A DNA stretch of 64,000 bases from Oculina patagonica. Lineage: Eukaryota. Positions 1-15,780 of the stretch are shown here, in pieces; position 1 is the stretch's first letter; every line of letters begins with the position of its first letter. The notes below the pieces were generated by a model. That model saw only the letters and a program-made list of their open reading frames with translations, did no database searches and was not told the DNA's origin. The stretch is taken from positions 18,786,001-18,850,000 of the forward strand of contig NC_135761.1 in the NCBI RefSeq assembly GCF_052425735.1, read 5' to 3'. The translations under genes and the position numbers were made by a program.

Positions 1-3000
1 TTTCAATAGTACATTACATCACTGATAACGTTATGGCAGTTAATTGCTTTGTCTTTATACAATAAAAATGACGATTTTTAGTTCCTGTTACGTTGTACTG
101 AACAAAAATAAAGTTATTTTTAGAGCTAAAAGTACGTGTTGCTTTACACACAAGACCGCGCAGAGTTTGTCAAAAAAAAAAAAAAAATATAGGTTGATAT
201 AACTTCACACCATCAATTCCGGGATTGAATTTAAAAGAGCAGTTATATTTGTGCATTTTTGAGGGATCCGAAAAGAAAACTCTTGGTTTGCAGTGACTTG
301 TTTGTCGAAGAGAAAATAAAGGAAAAATGTATCACATTCAGATCTTCTCTTAGTTTGGTGAATTGTCAAAGTTTAAGACGACCGCCACTGGATTAAAAAA
401 GGATTTCAAAAAAGATGAAATTATTAATTGGAAGCCATTAAAAGTATATTTCCTTTTACTAATATCAAATCTTTTTCATAAAGAGGTTCATCGGGCTTTG
501 CTGTTGATGTTCATTTTACGGGTTTGTTTGGTTTCTGGATTGTCTTTATTATCAAACATGTCATTTATCCTACTTTTTTTTTATTCAACCGACGATATTT
601 ACTTTTTTGCAATAATTTTGTGAAAACGTTTCTTTTCGCGAAAAAGCTGAAATTCTTTTATAGTAAAGACTCAATTGTGAATCATTAATGTATCACATTT
701 GATAAATGATTCGATTGATTGATTTTTCAGCTCGTTAAGTGTAGTGAACGTAGTAATCGTGCGGTAAATTGAAAGAAGTAAAATATTTAAGAAATAAATC
801 AAACCATAGTTACATAAAAGTAGTGCATCCTTATCTATCCTGCGCTCGACGTGGAGACTACAAAAGGTTGCGTAGGAGTTGAAGTCGGTTTTTAGAAAAA
901 CGCATCATATAAATCGTACCTCGTTGGAAATATTTATGTTACTTCCATGAGTTTTAATTACAATTCAATACCCAATGTGAAATAAAGAAACTAGATAAAA
1001 TACAAAATATAAATATAATATATCGCCAATTGTGCCCAAAGGGTGGCCAGCAAGAGGCTAACCCATACAAGGCAGAGAAATAAAAGTATCAACAAAAAAC
1101 TTAATTACTCATTCCTCGAAGATATCTGTCTCTTACAAAACAGGAAATACTTGAGGCTTGACGAACTAATTGGGTGGTGTGGTAACACATTGCACATTTC
1201 AACAATCCTACCGTGAAATAAGCTAAACCTGAAAGTAAAGGAACGCTATACATTCTCTTATTTTCCTGTTTTAATGTCTTTTTCATATGATGGCTGTAGC
1301 TGTTTGATTATGTTGTACACACCAATTTTCTCTCAGGGTTTTTTCCCTTGCCAGAAAAACCGAATATTTAGCACCGACCAGAATATTCACTCTTGAATTA
1401 ATCTTCATATAATGTATCGAACGATTGCAGTTCGCTTTTAACTGTATCTTTCAATTTTTCATTTCTATATTGTGACCGCGGTCAATTTCCACAGTCAAGT
1501 AGTTTACTGAATATATTCATTAAGTTTTTTCTTCTTAACTCTTTTTGTAGTTTTTTTTCGGCGTACTATTCCTCTCTTCCTCTGGATTTCACTTTCTGAC
1601 TACCCATATTTGCAATAAAATCCACTGGAAAGCAGATATCTCGCCGACATCTTTAGAAATACGCGACTGTATTAATGTGGTCGTTTATCACAAATATCAT
1701 TTGCATTTATTGCGACGTTTTTAGCATCTACAGAAAATTCTAAGAAAAGGCAGTGTAGCCTGGTAAGAGACGGTTTCAGAACAACGCGGTATAAAAATTG
1801 TTTCTCATGAGCAGTGCAGTTTTATTCATTTGAGTTGAACATCGTTAAACTATATTCTCTTATTTTAAAGTTTTAATTGCCTGGTTTTTATATGCTCGCT
1901 GAAATGTTTGATCCCCTAAGTGCATTAAATCGCTCTCAGGGGGTGTTATCATTCTGTTGAAATCATCTGGAAGCAAAGGATGAGAAAAAGCTAGCGAGAA
2001 AATTTGCAGGAGTCGGTTTCCGAGGAACGCGGCAAAGGAAATGCACCTCGGTGCAAAAATATTCATTTCAACCAAGCGTCGTTAAACTCTTTTCTTTTAT
2101 TTCCAGTTTTAACGCCTTGTCAGTTTTATATGATCGCTGTAGCTGCTTACTCACCGGTTCTTTAACTTGTCTTGCACGCACTAGATATCCGGCTCTCTTG
2201 GAATCTTTTCTCATTTTCTTGAAATCATGCAAATATGCACCGACCACAATTATTACGCTTCTAACAGTATCTATTATTTTATTTTAGTGTTCCTCTCCAT
2301 CTTGTTACCGCGGTTTATTACCAAGATCCAGTAGTTTACTAAACAGATTCATTAAGTTTTCTTCTTCAGTGTTTTTGGCGTATTTTTTTTTCTGGAATAT
2401 TCACAACAGTTTATTTAGACTTGTTATAAGAACTGGATTTGGTACAGTTTCTGGTGATGCTAGTTCGCGTAAAGATCGTATTTCGGTTTTCTTTTTAATT
2501 TCTAACTCTAAAACGTGAGACAGCAACGAAAATAATTGGTTCTGCACAGTGTACGCTGTTACCTTTGTTTTCGCGTTTATAGTTGGTTTAAGAGATATTC
2601 GTTATTGTAGGGGCCATTCTTGTAGCAAAAGCAAAAGTTGTAAAGGCCTGTTCCGCGGAAACAGGTCGTCAATTCTCGGCTATTCACAGTAAAGAGGAGT
2701 CAATTTTCGTTCGTCCCTGAAATCAGTGAGCGTGAAAACTTCTGAGAAATGCTGCAGTTGCGATCGGCTAAATAAATTTACTGAGAACTGAATATCTATA
2801 TCTTGTATGTACCTCTCGTTCGCTGTATTAGATAATTGTTGTATTCCCTTTTCTGATAGCCCGATCCTGATAGCACTGAAAATAGAATTTCTTAAATTTG
2901 CATAGATATAATATGAGTGGAGTTCCATTCCACGGATGATAAGTCGCATCAGTATATTTCATAAAATATACAAGATAAAATCTTGGTAACTGCATGTACA

Positions 3001-5590
3001 GTCATTTATTAGAGTGAAAATATTAACTTACGCCAATTTTTTACGAGCTGCTGAACTAGTTTTAATCATAAGAAAAAGGACGAGCAAAAAGAAACAACAA
3101 ATTGAAACTAAATGAAAAGATGGCTGTAGCAAAGTCGAACGATTCACTATTAAGCAGAAAAATAAATTATATATCGTAATATTGAACAAATTGATTTAAA
3201 AATAACATAATTAAATCCCTTTTAGCTCCTTCTCCCTATCGCCCAAATTCGAGATCACACTGATTTCTTTAATTTTTTTAATAAAACAAAGTGAAGTTGC
3301 ATTTGTGTACTTCAAAGTAACTACAATGTTCTTAAACTTTTCGGAGGATTTGAGTTAAAAGCTCTTGTTGTTTTACCATGCATATCAACACAGACGAAAT
3401 TGACCTGCTTGTCAAAAAGGCAGATACAATTCGTGTTCAGCTCATTCTTTACTTTGCTTAGTTTCATAATGGTATACCTCTGTCTTAAAAAAAGGTTTCG
3501 TCATGAAGTGTCCAAAACGTTTGTATATATGATTACATTTTATCATAGAAAAATTGACGTTTTAGGGTAGTCACATCTTTGGCTTTGCTGATGATTGTTC
3601 AGTCCCACGGGTTTGTTTGGTTTCTAAAGTTCTTTCTATATTTGCATTTATAAACATGTCTGTCAGATACAATTGTACGTGTTTTTTCCATAACTGCATC
3701 GTTTTAACGCAGTGTGCTGTTACAATGTTTACTTTATTTTTTTCTTAACTATTTTGTTTTCCCGAAACAAATGTAAATGATTTTCAGGACTCTGGCTAAT
3801 CCATCGCTCCAGGCTTTGTATTGCCGGGGACTTATGTACCCCGAGTAACTAAAAATTTCTTCTTCTGCAATCCTGTGCCATTTAAATACCTAAGTAATCG
3901 AGATACGACCAAGTTATGCAAATATCCAGTTTCAAAAAGGCATCGAAGAACAACCCTTCCGTTCCCGTTTTATCGCCTAGTTTCCTTACAATCGCTGGTC
4001 AAGCGCTAAATTTCGGTTGAAATCGCGATTTAAAATTTTCTCATGCGAAATGATATTCATACAGGTTCTATTATCGGATTTATTTGTGATGTCCGAGCGA
4101 CGCGTGTTTGCCATTTGTATACTAGCTTACCACACTCGTGGCGAAAATTAAATATCAGTCTGCAGGATATACTTTCTCAAAGTCCGTTTTATGTGATATC
4201 CTTAATTCTACAGCCTGAAATGAACATTTCCTGAAAGAAAATCACAATGACTCCTTTTCAGATCTGTAATTCTTAACAAAACCTACACATGTACCTACAC
4301 ATGTACGACAAGGCCGTTTTGGATCTCTTGCGTCTCTATCAAGTTTAACTCGGCTGTCGAGGTAAAGGATTGCATTATGATGGAAAATGCACCCTTCGTT
4401 TATACGTGACACCAACTCGAACTTACTGGGTTACCTTTCATTGTGATGTGAAAATCGGCATTCATTGACTGCGTCTGAAACTGATCGGTTGTTTAGACGA
4501 GGTAGATTATATATAATCATTTGCTTTTGGTTGCAAATAGAGACGGTACTCTCATAGATTGCGCAAAGAAAAAAGTTTTAATCCAATCACAGTGTTATTT
4601 TAAAAAGGCCTTCATGACAAACGCCTTCAAATTCCACAATATTATTTTCATAGCAAACATTTTGATGCTCTTCTTGTTGATATTTTGCCATTTTTTGTCC
4701 TCTTATATCTCGATCGCTTTGCTAAACACAAAATGAGAGTCATCAGTGCGGTGACACACTACAAACCTGACTTGAGGTCTTGTGAATATTTTTCGATTTA
4801 GAAAATCTAATTTTCAACTTACCTTCGCATTCCCGTCCTCCTTTTTCCCCGCATCGTGTTGTCCGTTGATGAAGCAATTCTGAAAAATGCTCGGACTGTT
4901 TTCAAACTTGTCAGTAAAAATCACACATTTTGGTCAATTTAGCGCTAATTTGTTTGGCCATTTCTTCCTCCTCCCTATTCTGTACCTCCCCCCTCTTTAC
5001 AATAATGGAACGAAATTTAATGACGCATTAAGCCTTGTACCCAGGCGTTCTCTTTCCACTAACATCACGTCACGATTACCTGTAAATTACGTCAGAGCTT
5101 TTTCCAGGACCATGGTCGCACGGTGCGCTCGGTCTACAACGAACGCCTAAAGGACTACGTCTAGTAAGGATTTATTCACAGAAAAAAATTATGTTTGTAG
5201 TTGCATGCAGACTCGTTCCCAGTCGCTCCCTTGGCGGTTTTGACTAGAACGCATTGCATCCCAGCCTGCCCCGCAACCCTTGCCTTATTCCGCCTCAGTT
5301 TTTTATCGCCTTTAGAAACAAATAAGTAGGGACTGGGAACGAGTCTGAGTTGGATGAGATGTAAAATCAAACTGTTTTGCAGCTTTAGGATTCGTAAGTC
5401 ATACCAAGAATTAAATAGTTGGATTTCTCTCAATAAAAAAAATGCATAACGTCAGGAAAATAAACCATAAATGACGGCTTTCAACGTGCAGGTTCCAGGT
5501 AATCTGGTAGTTTATGGGTATTCCTTTCTCTTCAACCCAAGCGATTTATCTATTGCATTTTTTTAGAATCAATTCTTTCTTTTCAGCCAC
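1..5590. repeat. Segmental duplication: B-upstream spacer, copy 0
   Basis: Colinear similarity to 21292-27150 and 52476-58120, e.g. tttcaatagtacattacatcactgata at 1 vs 21292 and ctcggtctacaacgaacgcctaaaggacta at about 5128, 26858 and 57934. Confidence 0.9.
5208..5347. mobile_element. 140-bp MITE, 17-bp TIR, about 9-bp TSD
   Basis: TIR cagactcgttcccagtc / gactgggaacgagtctg; flanks agttgcatg / agttggatg; empty sites in the paralogous spacers at about 26928 and 58005. Confidence 0.8.
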
Positions 5591-6283
5591 GGCTGTGTTT
5601 TGTTTACTGCAAATGCAAATAACAAGTTACAAGTTACATGAAACATTTACGCAGTCCATATATTTTTTGAAATAAACAAATATTTTGCGGTAAAGGAAAA
5701 TTGGAGACAGCACACATTTATCTGTCAGTCATCTAGTCATTTTTTAACTGAATAGACGTAATAGTACAGGGCCGGCTAGCGAGGGTTCAGGATCTGGACT
5801 GGGTTACTCAAATCTTTTAGGGCTGAGATAGTGGTGAGTGTATCGTAACTAGGGTACAGTGTGTACTTATTTTTAATTAATTTCTTGTGTTGCCTTTACC
5901 TTTAATTTTGTAATTCGCTCCTTGATTCATTTGTTTGCTTATGAAAGACTCTTTTTACTCGTGTTTTAGTTTTTGTAATTCTTCTATCCAAGCGTTTTCT
6001 AGTTTTTTTTTATACTGGGTAAAAAATGTTTATAGTTTATTGATAACTGTGAAAATAAGTGATCCCCGCTGCTAATTGATAATGGTGCATGACTGACCAA
6101 AGTATCGCTTGTGTGCTGAGACAGCAGTGAAATCGATGAAGATAGTTTAACCAAATGTCCGGTATAAGCTTTTTTTAATCATCATCAGTTTGTTATTGTT
6201 TTGCTGCTAAAGAAAGGTCAATTGGTTGAGTTAAATTTCCTATGAAATTCGTCGCTTTTCCTGCTTTAGAATGTGATGGAAGC

Positions 6284-6578
6284 CCGAGGAGACTCCGAGC
6301 CGAAACAGTCCTGGATGCTCGTCGGAAAATTTGAATAAGGCCCCTAAAGGAGACCATTTAGGGCGTGGCGCACGCTTTTTGTGACCCCTAAATAAAACAA
6401 ACCAAATTTTGTAAAAATAGAATTTCTATTTCAATATTTCCTCGCGTGCAGCCCTAGACGAGACCTCGAGGGCTAAAAATATTGGCGTTTTGCTCGGAAT
6501 TCCCTAAGTAAGATCAAATTCTGAAATTAACACCCCTCGAGACGACGAACATCCCCGCCTGTTTTATATGGGACTCGG
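6284..6578. mobile_element. Degenerate non-autonomous DNA element with CCCG-type ends
   Basis: Begins cccgaggagactcc and ends tatgggactcgg, with subterminal inverted match ggatgctcgtc / gacgaacatcc; architecture resembles the element at 11650. No clear TSD. Confidence 0.45.
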
Positions 6579-7317
6579 AAAGTGTAGAAATTTACAGTCG
6601 AACGATGTGAATTGCTTTCTTGTAAGCGGAAATACAATTTTTTCAATAGCATGAAGCATTCCATCCACTCAGTCACCAAACGTGGTTGATGAATGGTAGC
6701 ATTCAGTTAGTTCAGAAACTGTATAAAAAAAGCAAAGAAAACCGCTAAATTTAAAACAAGTTGTATCGTTATTTGCATCGTCATCATCATCATCTTCATT
6801 GGCACCTACCTAAAGAAACTACATACGCGAGCACCCCCTTCTCCCGGGAAGCACAGAGTTAAAGTTTCGTGATAAAAAGCAAGGTATTCATGTTCTCAAA
6901 ATGTAAATTTTGTTATTGAAAAGTGTATTTTTTTTCTTCAGCATAAATTTTTAATTTGTGGTCGCGTATAGACGTGGCTGCAACTATTTTAAACAGCGCA
7001 TATGTTCTTCCCTTTCTTATTTTTTCGGATTGCTCTTTGCAATTAAGTTTTATTGTAAACAAAACATTGCATCCCTTTCTGGAGCTCGCAGGCACACAAG
7101 AATGAAAGAACTAGAAGAAAACAAGCAAACAAACAAAAAATAAGAAGCAACTATTAAAGTTGTCAATCTTCCTGCTTTTTATTTAACAACAGCTGCAAAT
7201 GTGTAACAATTACAAAGCACATCCAGTAATCAGACGATTCACCCGTTCTATAATCAAGCACCTTATCACAGTCCCATTATAAGCGTTTATGCAGGAATGG
7301 ATGTTTCCTCTAGGGAT

Positions 7318-8859
<1,542 letters not shown>

Positions 8860-9457
8860 TTTTCTTTACGATTTGCTGTGGAGAGAAGGTTGAAAGATTA
8901 CAGATAAAATCCACCGATTTTATTATCATTAAAAATTAAGGACATCTGCAACAATGGCAAGAAGCAATCCTATAACGGATACCATTTTTAATTAGAGACT
9001 GAGAAAATCTTGATTGCTAAATCATTTTACGGTTGGTTCACCATGCCCACAGAGTGGATGTCATTCGTGGATCTTATTTGAATGTCTCGCTGTGTACCAA
9101 TCATGAATTAGTAAATACTCTTGTTTTCAATTTTTATCGATTTTATTTCTCTTATTTGGCCTAATTGCTTAGAGTGAAAATCAGTGTTCTATCGATGTAC
9201 GTTTTCCTTGGTCTTTCTACAGTTAGACCAAATAGTATATATAAATAAATAAAAAAATGAAAAAACAAAACGTATCAAGGTATGTTCTATTTTAAATAAT
9301 CGTTTTCAATGCTTAATTGAAATCTAAAAGTGAAAAATGACTTTTTGTTGTTGTTGTGGTCATGCACCTTCATTGAATAGTATAATGCCATAGTTAAAGA
9401 CTGCATGATCATTTTGTTCCACGTTAAAACACGTTTGCAAACTGGTATAGTTTAAAC

Positions 9458-12168
9458 TAGGGATAGTGCCTGCAATCTTCTACCTTGGGCTGGACCTTGT
9501 CGGGGTGTAGAAGCTTGCGTGGCTTAATGATTTCAAGGGCTGTACTGACTGGGGTGTATACCCCTGGCAGGTTCAACCATGTCAGAGAGGTCTTGGGTGA
9601 GAGTCCTGACAAAAGCAGTCCAAACAGTTTCCTGATCTGGAAAATCAGGTAGGCAGAGGTCCAGCAACCCTCTCCCATAATAAAATAATTGCTACGGAAA
9701 CTACATCAGTAACGAATGCTATTCGGGATCGGACTAGTGCGACCTGTGACATCCCTGACGAGGGTTTTCTCCACTGGGGTGGCACGAATATGACTGCTTC
9801 AGGTGAAAGCCGCAAGGAAGCCGGAAGCATGAAAAGGCCGCATGAAACATCTCTCCTTACACCCAAAGACCACTTGAACATAGGATGTTAAAACATCAGG
9901 ACAATGTATACCATCGAAAAACAGCGACAGTAATGAAGGAAATGAGAAAGTACAAACTAAACATCCTCGGCCTCAGTGAGGTAAGATGGACAGGTTTTGG
10001 GGAAGTGAGGACAACGACAGGCGAGACAATCATCTACTCTGGACGCGAGGAAGGACACCACAGTGGTGTTGCCCTGGCGATGAACGATGAGACAAGGAAA
10101 TGCATGATGAAATGGAACCCCATCTCGGACAGGATTATCAGCGCGCGGTTCTACTCTAAGTACGTGAAGATGACAGTTATCCAGATCTACAACCCTACCA
10201 ACGAGGCTAGTGATGAGGACAAGGACGTTTTCAACGAGATGCTCCAGAGAGAGATCGATGCTACACCACTTCATGACCTACTGATTATTCTCGGAGATGC
10301 AAATGCAAAGGTAGGATCCGATAACACTGGCTGGGAAGGCACCCTGGGTAATGAAGGACTCGGCATCATGCAATAATGGCCTAATATTTGCATCTCTCTG
10401 CACCGAAAACAGTCTTGTCATAGGTGGCACCTGTTTCGGCACAAATACATCCACAAATACACATGGACATCCCCAAATGGTCGTGACAGGAATCAGATTG
10501 ACCACATTGCAATCAGAAGAAGATTCAGGAGATCCTTGCTCGATGTCAAAGTTCAAAGAGGAGCTGATGCCGCGAGTCACTATCATCTCGTCCGATGCAA
10601 GGTACGCTTAAAACTGGCAAGAGATAGGAAAAAACAGATGTCAAGAACCATCTATGACACTGACAAGTTAAAAGTCCCCATACAAAAGCGGAACTTTAGC
10701 GTAGCTCTGAAGAACTGTTTTGAAGCTTTGGCTAGTGAAGACCTGAGTGTAGATGATGCATGGACTGAGTATCGAGATATCTACTGCAGCACAGCGGCTG
10801 AAACTCTTGGGCAGAGAGCAAGGACGAGGAAGGATTGGTTGAGCCCCACTACCTGGAACTGCATCGAAGAAAGACGTGTGCTGAAACACAGCCTCTTAAA
10901 CTGCCGCTCGGAACGCGTGAAGGAGAAAAAACAGCAAATTTACCAGAAGAAGGACAAGGAAGTGAAAAAGAGAGCGACGAAAGGAGGACCCTGGTAAGAA
11001 TCGCAGAAGAGGCGGAAAGGGCAGCGCACCAGAATAACCTGAAAGAGCTCTACATGAAGACCAAACTACTAAGCGGATGCCTCAAGAAGCCAAGCTACTG
11101 AATATCTGCAACCAGACTCTTGACCAGTGTAAAGCTCCATCTGACTGGAAAAAATCTCTCCTGGCCAAAGTGCCCAAGAAAGGTGATCCATCTATCTGCG
11201 ATAATTACCTTGGGATATCCTTACTATCAGTACCTTACAGGGTCTTCTGCCGACTGCTGCTGTCTAGGATGCAGGAAGGAGTGGAGAAGAGATTGCGACA
11301 AAACAGGCTGCCTACCGGAGAGGTAGAGGAACAACTGAACAGATCTTCATCCTTAGAACCATCTTAAAACAGAGCGCTGAGTGGCAAGCATCCTTGTACA
11401 TTGGTACAAGGATGATAGTGTAAGACGTGACAGGCTTTGGAACATCCTTAAGCATTATGGTATTCCTGAAAACTTCGTGAACATCATACGAGAGCTTTAT
11501 GATGGAAGCACCTGTTGTGTTGTTGAACGTTGGCAGTCATCAGACTGGTTTCCTGTAGAGTCAGGTGTCAAGCAGGGCTGTGTAATGTCTGGTTTTCTTT
11601 TCTTTTCGAAAAAACACGAAGGTTGCCAACCCAATTTCCATAAATGGACCCCGGGGGGGGGGGGGGGGCATTCAAAAAAGTTTTATACGGGGAGGCTCCG
11701 CCCCAAGCTCTTACCCCTTACCCTTTAATATACCATTTTCACAGAAATTGTACCCCTTTCGTATACCTTTTACTGAAAAAAGGTACCCCTTTCATATACC
11801 TAAAAGACTTGGCATAAACTCAGAACAGGACGTTTTCTTGTCATTTTCATGTTGCGCTTTATAAATTAAAATAATACAGCCATAAAGTGCGTCTGTTCGA
11901 AATATTTTAATTTAAAGCCCTTTAAAAAACCTAAATGACGGATTTACATACCCTTTCATATACCTAAACCTCTGAAATCCCTACCCTTTTATATACCTGA
12001 AGCCTGAAAAAGGTACCCCTTTTGGGCGGAGCCTCCCCGTATAGGCCATTATATGGAGTAGCCCCCCCGGGAAATGGACAAGATGTTGAAGAAGTCAGCT
12101 CCTTTATCTACCTAGGAGCCACAGTCCAAGGGGAAGGTGGATCACATGAAGACATCAAACGAAGGCTG
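9458..12168 (+). mobile_element. Decayed RTE-clade non-LTR retrotransposon (5' UTR, AP endonuclease, partial RT), internally deleted and 3'-truncated
   Basis: APE motifs LNILGLSEVRWTG, GDANAKVG, NQIDHIAI; RT pieces WKKSLLAKVPKKGD...GISLLS, GVKQGCVMS, INGQDVEEVSSFIYLG spread over several frames. The YADD segment is deleted. Absent from the paralogous position upstream of A2. Confidence 0.9.
11650..12071. mobile_element. 422-bp MITE nested in the RTE RT region, 8-bp TSD
   Basis: Ends cccggggg...ccccggg with subterminal inverted tatacggggaggctccgccc; TSD AAATGGAC at 11642-11649 and 12072-12079. Removing it restores ISINGQDVEEV. Confidence 0.88.
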
Positions 12169-12295
12169 ATGAATTGCGAGAAGGTGTTATCTCGAGATAA
12201 CCGTTAGCTTTTAAGCGCCCTTCCCAAGGGTTTACGCATCGCTAGTTGCTCCCCAGGGGGGCAACGAACAATAACGTCAATGCAACTTATCATCA

Positions 12296-12336
12296 TTCTC
12301 TGAAGAAGACCGCAGAAGGCGATCGAAAATTTAGAG
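12296..12336 (+). ncRNA. Candidate minimal type I hammerhead ribozyme in a probable Penelope pLTR fragment (about 12169-12400)
   Basis: ttct-CTGAAGA-a-gaccgc(agaag)gcgatc-GAAA-at-TT-agag: core intact, stem II has one mismatch, stem III is the palindrome AATT. Confidence 0.55.
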
Positions 12337-15300
12337 CATTCTTTTTATATTTTTAGATCTGTTTAAACCATTTTTTATCTCCTTATAAATTTCCATTCTT
12401 TTTATCAAGTAGTTCTTGGGAGAATTTGTTCCCTACACAGAGTCAATTTCTCATTGGTGTGCATCATTATCCCTGGGTTAAATTGATGTTACAGTAAGTG
12501 CTTGCAATGGAGCGACTCTTTAAACGATAATAATTCATCAAGATTTGTTAATAATTATTTTTGAGCTCTTGGATAATGCACATAATTAGGTTATTGGCAT
12601 TTTCAAACAGTAAACTATCGTAAACACAAGTGGCTTAAAAACAGCACTTAAAACGTCTTGGCTAACTGTCGAGTTACTCGACGATCTTTGAACGGTGATT
12701 TAATTTGTTTTTCACTTGATTTATTGATTTGAAGATGCTAGTCTGATGCCTTTTATTTTACCCAGAAACGTAAATTTGGATCATTTGCTCGCTTGTTTGT
12801 CAGTCAGGTTTAGTCTTGAAGAAAACTTTTTTCTTTCAACAATTCGATTTAACCTTTTTTAATGAAAAATGTAAACACCTAACTTCTTCATTTATTATTT
12901 TTTTCCAATCATGGCTTCATTTTTCTATGACGAATTTGTTCTTTAATATTCACTGTCATTCATTTCTTGGCTGAATAATCGCACTAGGGAATATGAAAAA
13001 CTTCTGAGTGCCGATGTACCCTATCGAAGCAATGTAAAATCACGGTAAGCTACGCGGTTAACTCAAGTAAAACCACTCACCTTCTTGTAAGCTAATGTTT
13101 TTGATGACCAAATTGACGATTTGCTAAACGAAGAGAAGAGAAAGTGATCGAGGAAAATTATTCGCGATAAAACAAGTGTGTGAATAATAATTTAACAGCT
13201 ATATTAAGATTATTTTTTTACAGGGAATGTGATTGGCCAGATTGGCTTGTTTTTTTTTTGCCCATTTGTCCAATGAAATGAATTCTTCTATTTGTGAGTT
13301 ACAAATACTGACGTTTTGCATAAGTTGACGACTTCGTCTGAATATTTTTCTGCCCTTATTCCAAATATTGCACCAAATTTTTCAACGCAAAACAAAACGG
13401 TAAAACGGGAACGAGTATTTTCCGCTCAATATTTCTAACGCAACTAATAGTCAAGAAAAGTTGATTGAGAACTAGGAAATCAGAGTAGTCTTCATGGTAT
13501 TGATATTTTCACATCACCACAAGATTCAATATCGCGAAAAATTTTGGAACTTTGGAAGTCATGATCACACATAAGAACCTTCAATGTGCGACATCAGACA
13601 ATCTTATGTTGCAAAACTCACTGCTTGAAGTAAAAAATGCCTTGGTACGTTTTCATTTTTGTGGGTTTAAATTGGCATCCTTCGTTATTTTGGTTATGCT
13701 GAGTGACTCGTTTTTTCTTAACAAAGACTGAGGTAAATCTGCCATTGACACAGTTACAGAGAAATACAGTTTCAATTTCCGGCATGTGGAAAACACCAGT
13801 TTGAACATTAATTTCCAGTACAGCTTACCACATTGCTCTGTTAACGTAACTGTTACACCGATTCCGATTTACGCCATTCTTAAAAAAAAAGGTAAATATA
13901 AAATGTGAAATATACGAAAGATGGATATTTCCGGACTTTACTAAGTCTTACCAGAAACCCATATGGGTTTCTGGTCTTACTAATGAGCTCTTTAGAGCAG
14001 GAGAAAATAACTTAGAAAAACTTGGAAACAAGGATCGCACGATTTTTCACAAGTTGCTGCTTCTGTAAATTTATCTGTGAACAGTTTTTTATTTTTAAAA
14101 ACTGAATGCAACCGATCGAACATTGATGTTAAGTTTCCAAAAGGACGCTCTAGCGAAACCGTCTAAAGGAACATGTAAAACAATCACTCACCTTTCAAGT
14201 AAACTTGCGTGTCTCGAAATCTGCAGAGAATGATCTTTAAACTGGAGAGGAAGGAAACCGAAATTTTAGATTCAATATTAAATCAAGTAAAGAAATCAAA
14301 CTTGTGACTTACGTGGTCAGCCGAAAAGTAAATGAATCTCGATAAACAAGTTTGTAAAATGAAAACAACTTTATTTAGATTCAAAGTTGCATTCTTACGA
14401 TGAATTTCATTCGCCGAAGCAATGCTTTTGTAAGCATTTTGTCCAATGAAATGAAGTCTTCCATTTGTAAGTTACCAAATACTGACGTGTTGCACAAGAT
14501 GATGGTTTCGATTCAATAATGTTTCCTAGTGCTTGGTTACAATTTTCATAAAGCTAAACCAAAACTTAAAAACATACAATTAAATTTAACCTGACAGGGG
14601 AATATTATCCCTCGATTTCCCAAGCACAAATTATTTCAAGACACATTCTCTATATTGTAAAGCAGCACTTCTAACAGACTTTCTTTCTTTACGCCTTTGA
14701 AGTACTGGATTATACCACCTTCATTAGTCATAATAACGCCTGAATGTGATGAAAATTTCCGAGTCATTAAATAAATAAAAGTTTCCACTTTCCCCACTAA
14801 CACATAAAGAAATTTCACGCTGTCAATAGAAAGTAATAAGTGTGCCCCACACCAGACCCGCCGCCACGATTCCGAAAACGACGACGCTTACAGTTACACG
14901 ATATTAATTGCGTTTGTAGGTTTCGTTGCAAGAGACTCATTTTTACGTAAAACATTTTTCGATATGTCGTCTAGTAAAATCTGTCAGTATTCGTTTTATA
15001 TGTAAAAGTTTGAACGCAGTTTCGGCGATAGCACGAAATGTTATTCACAATAGTCCCCCCTCCCCACCCACCCACTACAAAGCGACAACTACACGATGCG
15101 TAAAATAGCACGAAAAGGGAATTTTAAATCTTATAGGCTGCGTTAATGATATCATTAAAAAGAAAAGAAAGCAATCTTGTGGACGATGCAGATGATCGCA
15201 GAATGTTTCACGAAGTTATGGTCCAGAGAACTACCTCGACAAAATTGGAAACTCTGTATTGAAACTTTTATTGCCGGTCAGACATTCAAAACACTCTACC

Positions 15301-15780
15301 GTGACAGAATAAAGGCACTTATTTTTTAAAATAAAATAACTTACCTTTCTTGTAGAGTTTTGCGTCTCTCCGAATCTGTAAACAACGACTGGGAAAGAAG
15401 AACGAGAACTGCATGTTACATTTTACTATTATTAAAAAAAAAAAAAAATGAATTAAAAAGCAGACTGTGGCGAAAAAATAAAACGTAGCGAAAAGTTTTG
15501 TCGTTTGTGCTGATGCTAATTAGCCCTCCAGTCGGCAAATGGAATGATTCTGGACAAAACAAGTTTGTTAATTAATTTCGCAACTTTGAGGGACGTTTTC
15601 TGCCAAAGTATCACACAGGCATTGTTCTTCGCCAGAAATCAATTCTACCATTCGCATGATTACGAAATACTTTCAGTTTTACATATGAAGCAAGTTTCAC
15701 AAATAATTTCCGGGATATAACCTTTAACATATATATCTTTAGTAACGGTATGATTACGCTTAAACAGCAACGAATTACAT

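Noticed and set aside
950-1080. Possible minus-strand LINE 3' tail shared with 21795-21920 (another candidate near 29010-29200)
   Set aside because: No coding remnant or TSD; the family cannot be supported without a database search.
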